Source: a virus. From it: a DNA stretch of 64,000 nt. A program made the translations under genes and the position numbers. Below, in pieces: positions 30,757-43,418 of the stretch (its first letter is position 1; the number at the start of each line of letters is the position of its first letter). A model generated the notes under the pieces. That model had not been told where the DNA came from. It worked only from the letters and a program-made list of their open reading frames with translations, and ran no database searches. The stretch lies in UHGV virus genome UHGV-0171999; one strand, 5' to 3'.

Positions 30757-31674
30757 ATGGATTTAGAAATGATGCTGGATGAAGATTACAAAGAAGGAAT
30801 CTGCTTAATTGACTTTAGTCAAATTGCGCTTTCAACTGCTTTGGTAAACTTCCCAGATAAAGAAAAAATTAATTTATCAATGGTTCGTCATTTGATATTG
30901 AACTCAATTAAGTTTAATGTCAAAAAAGCAAAAACTCTTGGATACACTAAAATTGTATTGTGTATTGATAACGCGAAATCTGGATACTGGCGTCGTGATT
31001 TCGCTTATTATTATAAGAAAAACCGTGGAAAAGCGCGAGAAGAATCTACTTGGGACTGGGAAGGTTATTTTGAATCCAGTCATAAAGTTATAGATGAATT
31101 GAAAGCTTATATGCCATACATCGTTATGGATATTGATAAGTATGAAGCAGATGACCATATTGCTGTTCTTGTTAAAAAGTTCTCTTTAGAAGGACACAAG
31201 ATTTTAATCATTTCATCGGATGGTGACTTTACTCAACTTCACAAATACCCAAATGTTAAGCAATGGTCACCGATGCACAAGAAATGGGTTAAAATTAAAA
31301 GCGGTTCTGCTGAAATTGACTGTATGACTAAAATCCTTAAAGGTGACAAAAAGGATAACGTTGCTTCAGTTAAAGTACGATCTGACTTTTGGTTTACCAG
31401 AGTTGAAGGTGAACGAACTCCTTCAATGAAAACCTCTATTGTTGAAGCTATTGCTAATGACCGTGAGCAAGCTAAGGTGCTTCTCACTGAATCTGAATAT
31501 AATCGATATAAAGAAAATTTAGTTCTAATTGATTTTGATTATATTCCTGATAATATTGCTTCAAACATTGTGAATTACTATAATTCATATAAATTACCAC
31601 CGCGTGGCAAAATTTATTCATATTTTGTAAAAGCGGGTCTTTCTAAATTAACTAATAGCATTAATGAATTTTGA
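30757..31674 (+). CDS. rnh: RNase H (5'-3' exonuclease, FEN family), 305 aa
   Basis: ATG at 30757 after GAGG gives 305 aa starting MDLEMMLDEDYKEG as in T4 RNase H. Confidence 0.93.
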   Translation: MDLEMMLDEDYKEGICLIDFSQIALSTALVNFPDKEKINLSMVRHLILNSIKFNVKKAKTLGYTKIVLCIDNAKSGYWRRDFAYYYKKNRGKAREESTWDWEGYFESSHKVIDELKAYMPYIVMDIDKYEADDHIAVLVKKFSLEGHKILIISSDGDFTQLHKYPNVKQWSPMHKKWVKIKSGSAEIDCMTKILKGDKKDNVASVKVRSDFWFTRVEGERTPSMKTSIVEAIANDREQAKVLLTESEYNRYKENLVLIDFDYIPDNIASNIVNYYNSYKLPPRGKIYSYFVKAGLSKLTNSINEF

Positions 31675-31682
31675 GGTGAATA

Positions 31683-31952
31683 ATGGCTAAAAAAGAAATG
31701 GTTGAATTTGATGAAGCTATCCATGGCGAAGACTTGGCTAAATTTATTAAAGAAGCGTCTGATCATAAACTGAAAATTTCCGGTTATAATGAATTGATTA
31801 AAGATATTCGAATTCGTGCCAAAGATGAACTTGGCGTTGATGGTAAGATGTTTAATCGTCTATTAGCTTTGTATCATAAAGATAACCGTGATGTGTTTGA
31901 AGCTGAAACTGAAGAGGTAGTTGAACTTTATGACACAGTTTTCTCTAAATGA
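31683..31952 (+). CDS. dsbA: dsDNA-binding protein DsbA, 89 aa
   Basis: Length and position between rnh and gene 33. Confidence 0.85.
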   Translation: MAKKEMVEFDEAIHGEDLAKFIKEASDHKLKISGYNELIKDIRIRAKDELGVDGKMFNRLLALYHKDNRDVFEAETEEVVELYDTVFSK

Positions 31953-32268
31953 TATTCGTCCGGTCGATGAGACCGGTCTTTCAGAAAAAGAACTTTCAAT
32001 TAAGAAAGAAAAGGATGAAATAGCAAAGCTTCTTGACCGCCAAGAAAATGGATTTATTATTGAAAAAATGGTAGAAGAGTTTGGAATGAGTTATCTTGAA
32101 GCTACGACAGCATTCTTGGAAGAAAATTCTATTCCTGAAACTCAATTTGCTAAATTTATTCCTTCGGGTATAATTGAAAAAATTCAGTCAGAAGCTATTG
32201 ACGAAAATCTTTTACGTCCTTCTGTTGTTCGTTGTGAAAAAACTAATACATTAGATTTTCTACTATGA
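31930..32268 (+). CDS. 33: late transcription co-activator gp33, 112 aa
   Basis: ATG at 31930 gives 112 aa, the T4 gp33 length; precedes gene 59. Confidence 0.88.
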   Translation: MTQFSLNDIRPVDETGLSEKELSIKKEKDEIAKLLDRQENGFIIEKMVEEFGMSYLEATTAFLEENSIPETQFAKFIPSGIIEKIQSEAIDENLLRPSVVRCEKTNTLDFLL

Positions 32269-32918
32269 TTAAACTCCGCATGCCTGCTGGTGGTGAAAGA
32301 TACATTGATGGTAAATCAGTTTATAAATTATACTTAATGATAAAACAACATATGAATGGAAAGTATGATGTAATTAAGTATAATTGGTGCATGCGGGTGT
32401 CTGATGCCGCTTATCAAAAGCGAAGGGATAAGTATTTTTTCCAGAAGTTATCAGAAAAATATAAATTAAAGGAACTTGCTTTAATCTTTATAAGCAATTT
32501 GGTTGCTAACCAAGATGCTTGGATTGGTGACATCTCTGACGCTGATGCACTTGTGTTTTATCGTGAATATATCGGACGCTTAAAGCAAATTAAATTTAAG
32601 TTTGAAGAAGATATTCGCAACATTTATTATTTTAGTAAAAAAGTTGAAGTTTCTGCTTTTAAAGAAATCTTTGAGTATAATCCAAAAGTTCAATCAAGTT
32701 ATATTTTTAAACTACTTCAATCGAATATAATTTCGTTTGAGACGTTTATCTTGCTTGATTCATTTTTAAATATAATCGATAAACATGATGAACAGACTGA
32801 TAATTTAGTCTGGAATAATTATTCTATAAAGTTAAAGGCTTATAGAAAAATTTTAAATATTGATTCACAGAAAGCCAAAAGTGTTTTTATTGAAACTGTG
32901 AAATCTTGTAAGTATTAA
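32265..32918 (+). CDS. 59: helicase loader gp59, 217 aa
   Basis: Length and position immediately upstream of gene 32. Confidence 0.92.
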   Translation: MIKLRMPAGGERYIDGKSVYKLYLMIKQHMNGKYDVIKYNWCMRVSDAAYQKRRDKYFFQKLSEKYKLKELALIFISNLVANQDAWIGDISDADALVFYREYIGRLKQIKFKFEEDIRNIYYFSKKVEVSAFKEIFEYNPKVQSSYIFKLLQSNIISFETFILLDSFLNIIDKHDEQTDNLVWNNYSIKLKAYRKILNIDSQKAKSVFIETVKSCKY

Positions 32919-32926
32919 TTGCTTAT

Positions 32927-32934
32927 TATAAATA
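32927..32934 (+). promoter_or_regulatory. T4 late promoter TATAAATA upstream of gene 32
   Basis: TATAAATA at 32927-32934 in the 59-32 intergenic region. Confidence 0.6.
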
Positions 32935-32949
32935 GATTATAATTATCTC

Positions 32950-33016
32950 ACTGACCAGCTATGAGGTCATACATCGTCATAGCACCAACTGTTAATTAAA
33001 TTAAAAGGAAATAAAA
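32950..33016 (+). promoter_or_regulatory. gene 32 autoregulatory translational operator (H-type pseudoknot plus A/U-rich site)
   Basis: TGACC-AGCTATGA-GGTCA-TACATCG-TCATAGC forms two interleaved stems, followed by unstructured AT-rich leader to the start codon. Confidence 0.8.
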
Positions 33017-33925
33017 ATGTTTAAACGTAAATCTACTGCTGAACTCGCTGCACAAATGGCTAAACTGGCTGGAAATAAAGGTGGTTTTTCTTCTGAAGAT
33101 AAAGGCGAGTGGAAACTGAAACTCGACAATGCGGGTAACGGTCAAGCAGTAATTCGTTTTCTTCCGTCTAAAAATGATGAACAAGCACCGTTCGCAATTC
33201 TTGTAAATCACGGTTTCAAGAAAAACGGTAAATGGTATATCGAAAATTGTTCATCTACCCACGGTGATTACGATTCTTGCCCAGTATGTCAGTACATCAA
33301 TAAAAATGATTTGTACAACACTGACAATAAAGAGTACGGTCTTGTTAAACGTAAAACTTCTTACTGGGCTAACATTCTTGTAGTAAAAGACCCAGCTGCT
33401 CCAGAAAATGAAGGTAAAGTATTTAAATACCGTTTCGGTAAGAAAATCTGGGATAAAATCAACGCGATGATTGCAGTTGATGTTGAAATGGGTGAAACTC
33501 CGGTTGATGTAACTTGTCCGTGGGAAGGTGCTAACTTTGTACTGAAAGTTAAACAAGTTTCTGGTTTTAGTAACTACGACGAATCTAAATTCCTGAATCA
33601 ATCTGCGATTCCAAACATTGATGATGAATCTTTCCAGAAAGAACTGTTCGAACAAATGGTTGACCTTTCTGAAATGACTTCTAAAGATAAATTCAAATCG
33701 TTTGAAGAACTGAGCACTAAGTTCAGTCAAGTTATGGGAACTGCTGCTATGGGTGGTGCCGCAGCGACTGCTGCTAAGAAAGCCGATAAAGTTGCTGATG
33801 ACTTGGATGCATTCAATGTTGATGACTTCAAAACAAAAACTGAAGATGATTTTATGAGCTCAAGCTCTGGCAGTTCATCTAGTGCTGATGACACGGACCT
33901 GGATGACCTTTTGAATGATCTTTAA
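33017..33925 (+). CDS. 32: ssDNA-binding protein gp32, 302 aa
   Basis: Zn-binding Cys/His cluster (C..H...C..C), acidic Ser/Asp-rich C-terminal tail. Confidence 0.95.
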   Translation: MFKRKSTAELAAQMAKLAGNKGGFSSEDKGEWKLKLDNAGNGQAVIRFLPSKNDEQAPFAILVNHGFKKNGKWYIENCSSTHGDYDSCPVCQYINKNDLYNTDNKEYGLVKRKTSYWANILVVKDPAAPENEGKVFKYRFGKKIWDKINAMIAVDVEMGETPVDVTCPWEGANFVLKVKQVSGFSNYDESKFLNQSAIPNIDDESFQKELFEQMVDLSEMTSKDKFKSFEELSTKFSQVMGTAAMGGAAATAAKKADKVADDLDAFNVDDFKTKTEDDFMSSSSGSSSSADDTDLDDLLNDL

Positions 33926-33946
33926 TAGATTATATTACTAATTAAT

Positions 33947-33972
33947 TGGGGACCCTAGAGGTCCCCTTTTTT
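33947..33972 (+). terminator. rho-independent terminator after gene 32
   Basis: GGGGACCCTAGAGGTCCCC hairpin followed by TTTTTTATTT. Confidence 0.75.
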
Positions 33973-33996
33973 ATTTCAAAATTTTTTCACAAAGTT

Positions 33997-34026
33997 GTTT
34001 ACATCCCTGTTCTTCTATGGTATTAT
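33997..34026 (+). promoter_or_regulatory. T4-type early promoter
   Basis: GTTTAC 33997-34002, 18-bp spacer, TGGTATTAT. Confidence 0.6.
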
Positions 34027-34069
34027 ATAACTATTGGCAATACTGCTGATGATTAAAGAGGAAAATAAT

Positions 34070-34300
34070 ATGGCTAAAGTTGATATTGACATCGTTGATT
34101 TTGAATATATTGAAGAAATTATTCGTAATCGTTATCCTGAACTTAGTATCACAAGTATTCACGATGATCCCAATTATTGCAATTTTTCTATTGTCATTGA
34201 AGGTCCTCTTGAAGACCTCACCCGCTTTATGGCTAATGAATATTGTGATGGCATGGATTCTGAAGACGCAGAATTTTACATGGGACTGATTGAACAGTAA
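34070..34300 (+). CDS. hypothetical acidic protein, 76 aa
   Basis: ATG at 34070 after GAGGAAAATAAT; ORF-track start at 34034 lies in the leader. Confidence 0.5.
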   Translation: MAKVDIDIVDFEYIEEIIRNRYPELSITSIHDDPNYCNFSIVIEGPLEDLTRFMANEYCDGMDSEDAEFYMGLIEQ

Positions 34301-34344
34301 TTATCAAGGGGCTATCAAGCCCCTATTAAAATGAGGAAAACGCA

Positions 34345-34725
34345 ATGTATACTGGTCGAAAGTATGAACTTGTTCCAAGACTTATTGATACATTTATTAA
34401 TTATAGCCCACGTTCTAATTCATCAATAGTTAAAGCTATTCGAGATAATGGCGGATGGTTTGAAGTTAAAGAAGTTTCCGTCGCTAATGGATATAAAGCA
34501 GTAAAACATATTGAATGTGCTAATGGAAAGCATTTTTACCTCAAAGATAGACTTTTAGAAATTTGCGAAGATGAATTTCATTGTTTCCGCGAGTATAAAG
34601 AACCGACTTCTGAAGAAGATGAAGTCGAAGACAAGGTTTCTGGCGTAACAAAAATTCACTGCATTGTTGACGAAAACAATGTAGATGAAATCATTGAACT
34701 TTTGCGAAAAACTTTCAAAAAGTAG
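34345..34725 (+). CDS. hypothetical protein, 126 aa
   Basis: ATG after GAGGAAAACGCA. Confidence 0.5.
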   Translation: MYTGRKYELVPRLIDTFINYSPRSNSSIVKAIRDNGGWFEVKEVSVANGYKAVKHIECANGKHFYLKDRLLEICEDEFHCFREYKEPTSEEDEVEDKVSGVTKIHCIVDENNVDEIIELLRKTFKK

Positions 34726-34754
34726 TTTACAGAAGGGTAGTAGTGTGATACTAT
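34725..34754 (+). promoter_or_regulatory. T4-type early promoter
   Basis: GTTTAC 34725-34730, 18-bp spacer, TACTAT -10. Confidence 0.5.
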
Positions 34755-34779
34755 TACCCTATCAACTAAGGAGAATAAA

Positions 34780-35022
34780 ATGAGATTACAACGTCAGAGC
34801 ATTAAAGATTCAGAAGTTAAAGGTAAATGGTATTTTAATATCATCGGTAAAGATTCTGAACTTGTTGAAAAAGCTGAACGTCTTTTGCGTGATATGGGAT
34901 GGGAAGATGAATGCGATGGATGCCCTCTTTATGAGGATGGAGAAAGCGCAGGATTCTGGATTTATCATTCTGACGTCGATCAGTTTAAAGCTGATTGGAA
35001 AATTGTGAAAAAGTCTGTTTAA
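34780..35022 (+). CDS. hypothetical protein, 80 aa
   Basis: ATG after AGGAGAATAAA. Confidence 0.5.
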   Translation: MRLQRQSIKDSEVKGKWYFNIIGKDSELVEKAERLLRDMGWEDECDGCPLYEDGESAGFWIYHSDVDQFKADWKIVKKSV

Positions 35023-35032
35023 GGAAAATAAT

Positions 35033-35862
<830 letters not shown>

Positions 35863-35882
35863 AATAACACGTGGCGGAAAAT

Positions 35883-36230
35883 ATGAATTTTAATTATTAC
35901 CCTATTCTATTAGAAAAAGACGCGAAACAACCAAAATGGCAGGGTCCTCAGTTTATTAAAGGCGTCTATCAATTAGTAGTTCCTAAAGACAAGATTTATA
36001 GCAGTTGTTTCACTGAATCCGCTTGTAGTATTTTTGGTAATAGTTCTCCGTATTGGAATTTTGATATAAAACTAGATAGAAATATCGATATTTGGTTGAA
36101 AGCTATGGATATTGGTAATATCACGTTTGATGAGAATAATTATCATATTATTGGTCGATTTTCTAAGCGCGGTAAAGAATTATATTTCACGCCTGAAATC
36201 GAAAGAAAATTTGATGCTAAACCGTATTGA
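35883..36230 (+). CDS. hypothetical protein, 115 aa, inserted between frd and td
   Basis: Continuous ORF with ATG at 35883 filling a ~410-bp gap where T4 frd and td overlap; no recognisable motif. Confidence 0.5.
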   Translation: MNFNYYPILLEKDAKQPKWQGPQFIKGVYQLVVPKDKIYSSCFTESACSIFGNSSPYWNFDIKLDRNIDIWLKAMDIGNITFDENNYHIIGRFSKRGKELYFTPEIERKFDAKPY

Positions 36231-36274
36231 TTATTAGCTTCATAAAATGTATTATAATTTATATAAGGTACTAA

Positions 36275-37135
36275 ATGAAACAATACCAAGATTTAATTAA
36301 AGACATTTTTGAAAATGGTTATGAAACCGATGACCGAACAGGCACAGGAACAATTGCTTTGTTCGGTACTAAATTACGCTGGGATTTAACTAAAGGTTTT
36401 CCTGCAGTAACAACTAAGAAGCTCGCCTGGAATGCATGCATTGCTGAGCTTCTATGGTTTATTTCCGGTTCTACCAATGTTAATGATTTACGTCTTCGCA
36501 CTCATGGTAGTCTTATTCAAGGTAAAACTATTTGGGACGATAACTATGAAAACCAGGCTAAAGACCTAGGATATCATAGTGGTGAACTTGGTCCTATATA
36601 CGGTAAACAATGGCGTGATTTCGGTGGTGTGGATCAATTAGTTGAAACTATTGATCGTATTAAAAAATTACCAACTGATCGACGTCAAATCGTTTCAGCA
36701 TGGAATCCAGCTGAAATCAATCAAATGGCATTACCGCCCTGTCATATGTTCTATCAGTTTAATGTGCGTAATGGTTATCTTGATTTACAATGGTACCAAA
36801 GAAGTGTAGATGTTTTCTTGGGCTTGCCATTCAACATTGCCTCGTACGCTGCCTTGACGCATATTGTGGCTAAGATGTGTAATCTTATTCCCGGAGATTT
36901 GATATTTTCTGGTGGTAATACTCATATCTATATGAATCACGTAGAACAATGTAAAGAAATTTTGCGTCGTGAACCTATGGATTTATGCGAATTACAATTA
37001 AAATTTCCAGATGAATTTGATGAATGGAACACAGAATCGCAGGTATTTTGGTTGAGTCAATTCGCAAAGCCGCATAATTTTGTTCTTAACAACTACGTAT
37101 CTCACCCGCCAATTAAAGGAAAAATGGCGGTGTAA
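36275..37135 (+). CDS. td: thymidylate synthase, 286 aa, uninterrupted
   Basis: Active-site region ALPPCH, 286-aa continuous ORF; no intron. Confidence 0.95.
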   Translation: MKQYQDLIKDIFENGYETDDRTGTGTIALFGTKLRWDLTKGFPAVTTKKLAWNACIAELLWFISGSTNVNDLRLRTHGSLIQGKTIWDDNYENQAKDLGYHSGELGPIYGKQWRDFGGVDQLVETIDRIKKLPTDRRQIVSAWNPAEINQMALPPCHMFYQFNVRNGYLDLQWYQRSVDVFLGLPFNIASYAALTHIVAKMCNLIPGDLIFSGGNTHIYMNHVEQCKEILRREPMDLCELQLKFPDEFDEWNTESQVFWLSQFAKPHNFVLNNYVSHPPIKGKMAV

Positions 37136-37143
37136 TTTTATTA

Positions 37144-37419
37144 TTGCGAGGATATATGATTTTACGATTTAAAGATACTTCTGGTGTAGTTCTTTTTACA
37201 CTTCCTAATCCAAGTGAGTTAGAAGTTCCAGGACCAGAACAGCCTATTACCATTTATGGTAAAAAATACTATACTCATAAAATGACTCGTGAGTATTTTG
37301 ATAATAAAATTTCTACAGTTAAAACTTCTTCAGATTGTTATTATGATATTACTGTTTTAACGGAAAAACAATATGACGAATTATCGCCGCGTGGGCCGTC
37401 TATGCCAGGTAGTGAATAA
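37144..37419 (+). CDS. hypothetical protein, 91 aa
   Basis: ORF between td and nrdA. Confidence 0.45.
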   Translation: MRGYMILRFKDTSGVVLFTLPNPSELEVPGPEQPITIYGKKYYTHKMTREYFDNKISTVKTSSDCYYDITVLTEKQYDELSPRGPSMPGSE

Positions 37420-37699
37420 ATATAAATCCGACTTTGATGTTAATATTCACCGTGGTACATTTTGGGGGAATTACGTCGGTAAAGATGCTGGCAGCCGGGA
37501 GGCTGCCATTGAATTATTCAAAAAAGATTTTATACGTCGAATTAAATCCGGAGAAATAACTAAAGCACATTTAGAGCCTTTACGTGGAATGAGGCTAGGA
37601 TGCACATGTAAACCAAAGCCGTGTCATGGTGATATAATAGCTCATATAGTTAACCGATTGTTTAAAGACGATTTTCAAGTTGAGGACTTATGCAATTAA
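37373..37699 (+). CDS. hypothetical protein, 108 aa
   Basis: ORF overlapping neighbours; Cys/His cluster [11 protein letters not shown]; start uncertain. Confidence 0.4.
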   Translation: MTNYRRVGRLCQVVNKYKSDFDVNIHRGTFWGNYVGKDAGSREAAIELFKKDFIRRIKSGEITKAHLEPLRGMRLGCTCKPKPCHGDIIAHIVNRLFKDDFQVEDLCN

Positions 37700-39954
37700 T
37701 TAATGTTATCAAAAGTAGTGGTGTTTCTCAGAGCTTTGACCCGCAAAAAATTATTAAAGTTTTATCTTGGGCAGCTGAAGGAACATCTGTAGATCCTTAT
37801 GAATTATATGAAAATATTAAATCATATCTCCGTGATGGAATGACCACTGATGACATTCAAACCATTGTAATTAAGGCTGCTGCGAATTCTATTTCAGTTG
37901 AAGAGCCTGATTACCAATATGTAGCTGCACGCTGTTTAATGTTTGCTCTTCGTAAGCATGTTTACGGGCAGTATGAACCACGTTCATTTATTGACCATAT
38001 TTCTTACTGTGTAAATGAAGGTAAATATGACCCTGAATTGTTGTCAAAATATTCTGCTGAAGAAATTACATTTTTAGAATCAAAAATTAAGCACGAGCGG
38101 GATATGGAATTTACTTATTCCGGGGCGATGCAATTAAAAGAAAAATATCTCGTTAAAGATAAAACCACTGGTCAAATTTATGAAACTCCGCAGTTTGCAT
38201 TTATGACTATTGGAATGGCATTGCATCAAGATGAACCTGTTGATAGACTAAAACACGTTATTCGTTTTTATGAAGCGGTATCTACTCGACAGATTTCATT
38301 GCCAACTCCTATTATGGCTGGATGTCGTACTCCAACTCGGCAATTTAGTTCATGCGTTGTTATTGAAGCAGGTGATTCGCTGAAGTCTATCAATAAGGCT
38401 TCTGCTTCAATTGTTGAATATATCTCCAAACGAGCTGGAATCGGCATTAACGTTGGTATGATTCGTGCCGAAGGTTCTAAGATTGGCACAGGTGAAGTGC
38501 GTCATACTGGTGTTATTCCTTTTTGGAAACATTTTCAGACTGCTGTTAAATCATGCTCACAGGGTGGAATTCGTGGCGGCGCTGCTACTGCTTATTATCC
38601 TATTTGGCATTTGGAAGTTGAAAATCTTCTCGTTTTGAAAAATAACAAAGGTGTAGAAGAAAACCGTATTCGTCATATGGATTATGGCGTTCAACTGAAT
38701 GACCTAATGATGGAACGATTCGGAAAGAATGATTACATTACTTTGTTCAGTCCGCATGAAATGGGTGGCGAACTTTATTATTCTTATTTTAAAGACCAAG
38801 ACCGATTCCGTGAATTGTACGAAGCCGCAGAAAAAGACCCTAATATTCGTAAAAAGCGTATTAAAGCCCGTGAACTGTTTGAATTGCTCATGACTGAACG
38901 CTCAGGAACAGCAAGGATTTATGTGCAGTTCATTGATAATACGAATAACTATACTCCGTTTATTCGTGAAAAGGCACCTATTCGTCAAAGTAACTTGTGC
39001 TGTGAAATTGCTATTCCAACAAATGACGTGAATAGTCCTGATGCTGAAATTGGATTGTGTACGTTATCTGCATTTGTGTTAGATAACTTCGATTGGCAAG
39101 ATCAAGATAAAATCAACGAATTAGCAGAAGTTCAAGTTCGTGCTCTTGATAATCTTTTGGATTACCAAGGATATCCAGTTCCTGAAGCAGAAAAAGCTAA
39201 AAAGCGTCGAAATCTTGGTGTAGGTGTTACTAACTATGCAGCTTGGCTAGCAAGTAACTTTGCTTCTTATGAAGATGCTAACGATTTAACACATGAACTA
39301 TTTGAGAGATTACAGTATGGACTCATCAAAGCATCCATTAAGCTCGCCAAAGAAAAAGGACCTTGCGAATATTATTCAGACACTCGTTGGTCTCGAGGCG
39401 AATTACCTATCGACTGGTACAATAAAAAGATTGACCAAATCGCAGCTCCAAAATACGTTTGTGACTGGTCGTCGCTGCGGGAAGACCTTAAGCTCTTTGG
39501 CATCCGTAATAGCACATTATCAGCACTTATGCCATGTGAGTCATCTTCCCAAGTTTCTAACAGTACAAACGGTATCGAGCCTCCACGTGGACCAGTCTCT
39601 GTTAAAGAATCAAAAGAGGGCTCCTTTAATCAAGTCGTGCCCAATATTGAGCATAACATAGACCTATATGATTATACATGGAAATTAGCTAAGAAAGGTA
39701 ATAAACCTTATCTTACGCAGGTAGCTATTATGTTGAAATGGGTATGTCAATCAGCTTCAGCGAATACATATTATGACCCGCAGATTTTTCCAAAAGGAAA
39801 GGTTCCAATGTCAGTAATGATTGATGACATGTTATACGGATGGTATTATGGCATTAAAAATTTCTATTATCATAATACCCGTGATGGTTCTGGTACTGAT
39901 GATTATGAAATAGAAACTCCAAAAGCTGAAGATTGCGCAGCGTGTAAATTGTAA
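37690..39954 (+). CDS. nrdA: aerobic ribonucleotide reductase large subunit, 754 aa
   Basis: Length matches T4 NrdA; class I RNR motifs including C-terminal redox Cys pair (CAAC). Confidence 0.95.
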   Translation: MQLINVIKSSGVSQSFDPQKIIKVLSWAAEGTSVDPYELYENIKSYLRDGMTTDDIQTIVIKAAANSISVEEPDYQYVAARCLMFALRKHVYGQYEPRSFIDHISYCVNEGKYDPELLSKYSAEEITFLESKIKHERDMEFTYSGAMQLKEKYLVKDKTTGQIYETPQFAFMTIGMALHQDEPVDRLKHVIRFYEAVSTRQISLPTPIMAGCRTPTRQFSSCVVIEAGDSLKSINKASASIVEYISKRAGIGINVGMIRAEGSKIGTGEVRHTGVIPFWKHFQTAVKSCSQGGIRGGAATAYYPIWHLEVENLLVLKNNKGVEENRIRHMDYGVQLNDLMMERFGKNDYITLFSPHEMGGELYYSYFKDQDRFRELYEAAEKDPNIRKKRIKARELFELLMTERSGTARIYVQFIDNTNNYTPFIREKAPIRQSNLCCEIAIPTNDVNSPDAEIGLCTLSAFVLDNFDWQDQDKINELAEVQVRALDNLLDYQGYPVPEAEKAKKRRNLGVGVTNYAAWLASNFASYEDANDLTHELFERLQYGLIKASIKLAKEKGPCEYYSDTRWSRGELPIDWYNKKIDQIAAPKYVCDWSSLREDLKLFGIRNSTLSALMPCESSSQVSNSTNGIEPPRGPVSVKESKEGSFNQVVPNIEHNIDLYDYTWKLAKKGNKPYLTQVAIMLKWVCQSASANTYYDPQIFPKGKVPMSVMIDDMLYGWYYGIKNFYYHNTRDGSGTDDYEIETPKAEDCAACKL

Positions 39955-40595
39955 TGAATTATCAAAAAATCTATAACGACCTAATTTCCCGAGCTCAGGC
40001 TCGGGAATCTTTATCAGAATATAAAGAGACACATCATATAATCCCTAAATGTATGGGAGGTTCTGATGATAAAGAAAATTTAGTTGAATTAACAGGTAGA
40101 GAGCATTTTATAGCTCATTGGCTTTTATGCAAAATATATGACACGCCAGGATTAAAGAAAGCTTTTGGTTTAATGTGCTTGACTGGTAAAAATCGCTCAT
40201 ATAAAATTTCTTCTCAACTATACGAATTAGGTAGACGACGTTTATCTGAAGCTGCCATAGGACGTGAAGTTTCTATAGAAACCAGAGAAAAGATAAGTAG
40301 AGCTCTTAAAGGAAGGAAATTTACCAAAGAGCATTTAGCTCGCATGAGAAAACCTAAAACCGAAGAAGCTAAAAAGAATATAGCTGCTGCTAAAGTCGGC
40401 GTGCTTAATCCGATGTATGGTACAATCTCTCCGACAAGAGATGTTCCTCATACTAAAGAAACTCGTGATTTGATTTCTTTGAGAACTAAGCAAGGTACAG
40501 AGTATCCGCCTTGTCCGCATTGTGGCAAGAAAGTTAATAAAGGCAATGCTTTAAGATGGCATTATGATAAATGTAAATTTAAGGATTCTAAATGA
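39954..40595 (+). CDS. HNH homing endonuclease (MobE-like), 213 aa
   Basis: HNH motif HHIIPKCMGGSDDKENLVELTGREHFIAH, then repeated basic helix motifs (NUMOD-like) and C-terminal CPHC; overlaps nrdA stop and nrdB start. Confidence 0.7.
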   Translation: MNYQKIYNDLISRAQARESLSEYKETHHIIPKCMGGSDDKENLVELTGREHFIAHWLLCKIYDTPGLKKAFGLMCLTGKNRSYKISSQLYELGRRRLSEAAIGREVSIETREKISRALKGRKFTKEHLARMRKPKTEEAKKNIAAAKVGVLNPMYGTISPTRDVPHTKETRDLISLRTKQGTEYPPCPHCGKKVNKGNALRWHYDKCKFKDSK

Positions 40596-41770
40596 GTACA
40601 GTTTTTAATACATCCCCTGTTAATATTTTAACTGAGCCGATGTTTTTTGGTTCTGGATTGGGTTTAGCTCGATATGATATTCAACGACATAGAGTATTTG
40701 AAGAACTTATTGAGAAATCTTTATCATTTTTCTGGCGTCCTGAAGAAGTAAACTTAATGATGGATGCTGCGCAATTTAACAAGCTTCCTCAGTATCAGCA
40801 AGATATTTTTACTAATAACCTGAAGTATCAATCACTTTTGGATAGCATTCAGGGTCGTGCACCGTCTGCTGTACTTATGTCATTAATTTCAGACCCAAGC
40901 CTTGATACATGGGTTGCTACGTGGACTTTTAGTGAAACTATTCACAGCCGTTCATATACACATATCATGCGAAATCTTTATACTGATCCATCGAAGGTAT
41001 TTGATGAAATTGTATTAGATGAAGCTATTATGAAACGTGCTGAATCCATTGGACGTTATTATGATGATGTTCTGATTAAAACCCGTGAATGGGAAAATGC
41101 TAAAGAATTTGTAGAACTAGCTAAAGAATCTCCTGATGCTGATTTTCGTTTAAATCGAGCTATTAAACAAGAAGCCGAAGCTAAACGTGCTTTAATGAAA
41201 TCTCTTTACCTCTGCTTGCATGTAATCAACGCATTGGAAGCTATTCGTTTTTATGTATCTTTCGCATGTACCTTTAACTTCCATAAGAACATGGAAATCA
41301 TGGAAGGTAATGCCAAGATTATGAAGTTCATTGCTCGTGATGAACAGCTTCACCTTAAAGGCACTCAATATATTATTCGTCAACTTCAACTTGGCACTGA
41401 TGGTGATGAATGGGTTAAAATTGCTCAAGAGTGTGAACAAGAAGCAGTTGATATTTTCATGGAAGTTAACCGTCAAGAAAAAGACTGGGCAGTTCATTTA
41501 TTTAAAGATGGTGATGTTCCTGGATTAAATACAAATAGCATGTGGAGCTTTATTGATTACTTAACTGTATCTCGTATGAAGCAGTGCGGTCTTCCGTGCC
41601 CAATTACCGATGCTCCGGTTAAACATCCGTATCCTTGGATTCGTGAATATCTTAATTCTGATAATGTTCAATCCGCGCCACAAGAAGTAGAACTGTCATC
41701 TTACCTTGTTGCACAGATTGATAATGATGTTGATGATAAAGTTATGATGAGTTTTAAAAAATATTTTTAA
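40592..41770 (+). CDS. nrdB: aerobic ribonucleotide reductase small subunit, 392 aa, uninterrupted
   Basis: Diiron/tyrosyl-radical R2 fold signatures; continuous ORF, no intron. Confidence 0.93.
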   Translation: MSTVFNTSPVNILTEPMFFGSGLGLARYDIQRHRVFEELIEKSLSFFWRPEEVNLMMDAAQFNKLPQYQQDIFTNNLKYQSLLDSIQGRAPSAVLMSLISDPSLDTWVATWTFSETIHSRSYTHIMRNLYTDPSKVFDEIVLDEAIMKRAESIGRYYDDVLIKTREWENAKEFVELAKESPDADFRLNRAIKQEAEAKRALMKSLYLCLHVINALEAIRFYVSFACTFNFHKNMEIMEGNAKIMKFIARDEQLHLKGTQYIIRQLQLGTDGDEWVKIAQECEQEAVDIFMEVNRQEKDWAVHLFKDGDVPGLNTNSMWSFIDYLTVSRMKQCGLPCPITDAPVKHPYPWIREYLNSDNVQSAPQEVELSSYLVAQIDNDVDDKVMMSFKKYF

Positions 41771-41775
41771 GGAGT

Positions 41776-41792
41776 GGGCCGCAAGGCCCGTT
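41776..41792 (+). terminator. GC hairpin with GNRA loop plus U-rich tail
   Basis: GGGCCGCAAGGCCC followed by GTTTTATT between nrdB stop and denA start. Confidence 0.45.
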
Positions 41793-41797
41793 TTATT

Positions 41798-43385
<1,588 letters not shown>

Positions 43386-43388
43386 GCT

Positions 43389-43418
43389 GTTTACAAGTCC
43401 CTCGTGTTGTGTTATAGT
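43389..43418 (+). promoter_or_regulatory. T4-type early promoter upstream of alc
   Basis: GTTTAC 43389-43394, 18-bp spacer, TATAGT 43413-43418. Confidence 0.6.

Noticed and set aside
36275-37135. Looked for a group I intron in td (and in nrdB at 40592-41770)
   Set aside because: Both genes are continuous full-length ORFs with no in-frame interruption, so no intron is present in this phage.
39293-39661. 122-aa ORF in an alternative frame inside nrdA
   Set aside because: Embedded in the same strand of a conserved enzyme gene without SD; most likely a chance frame.
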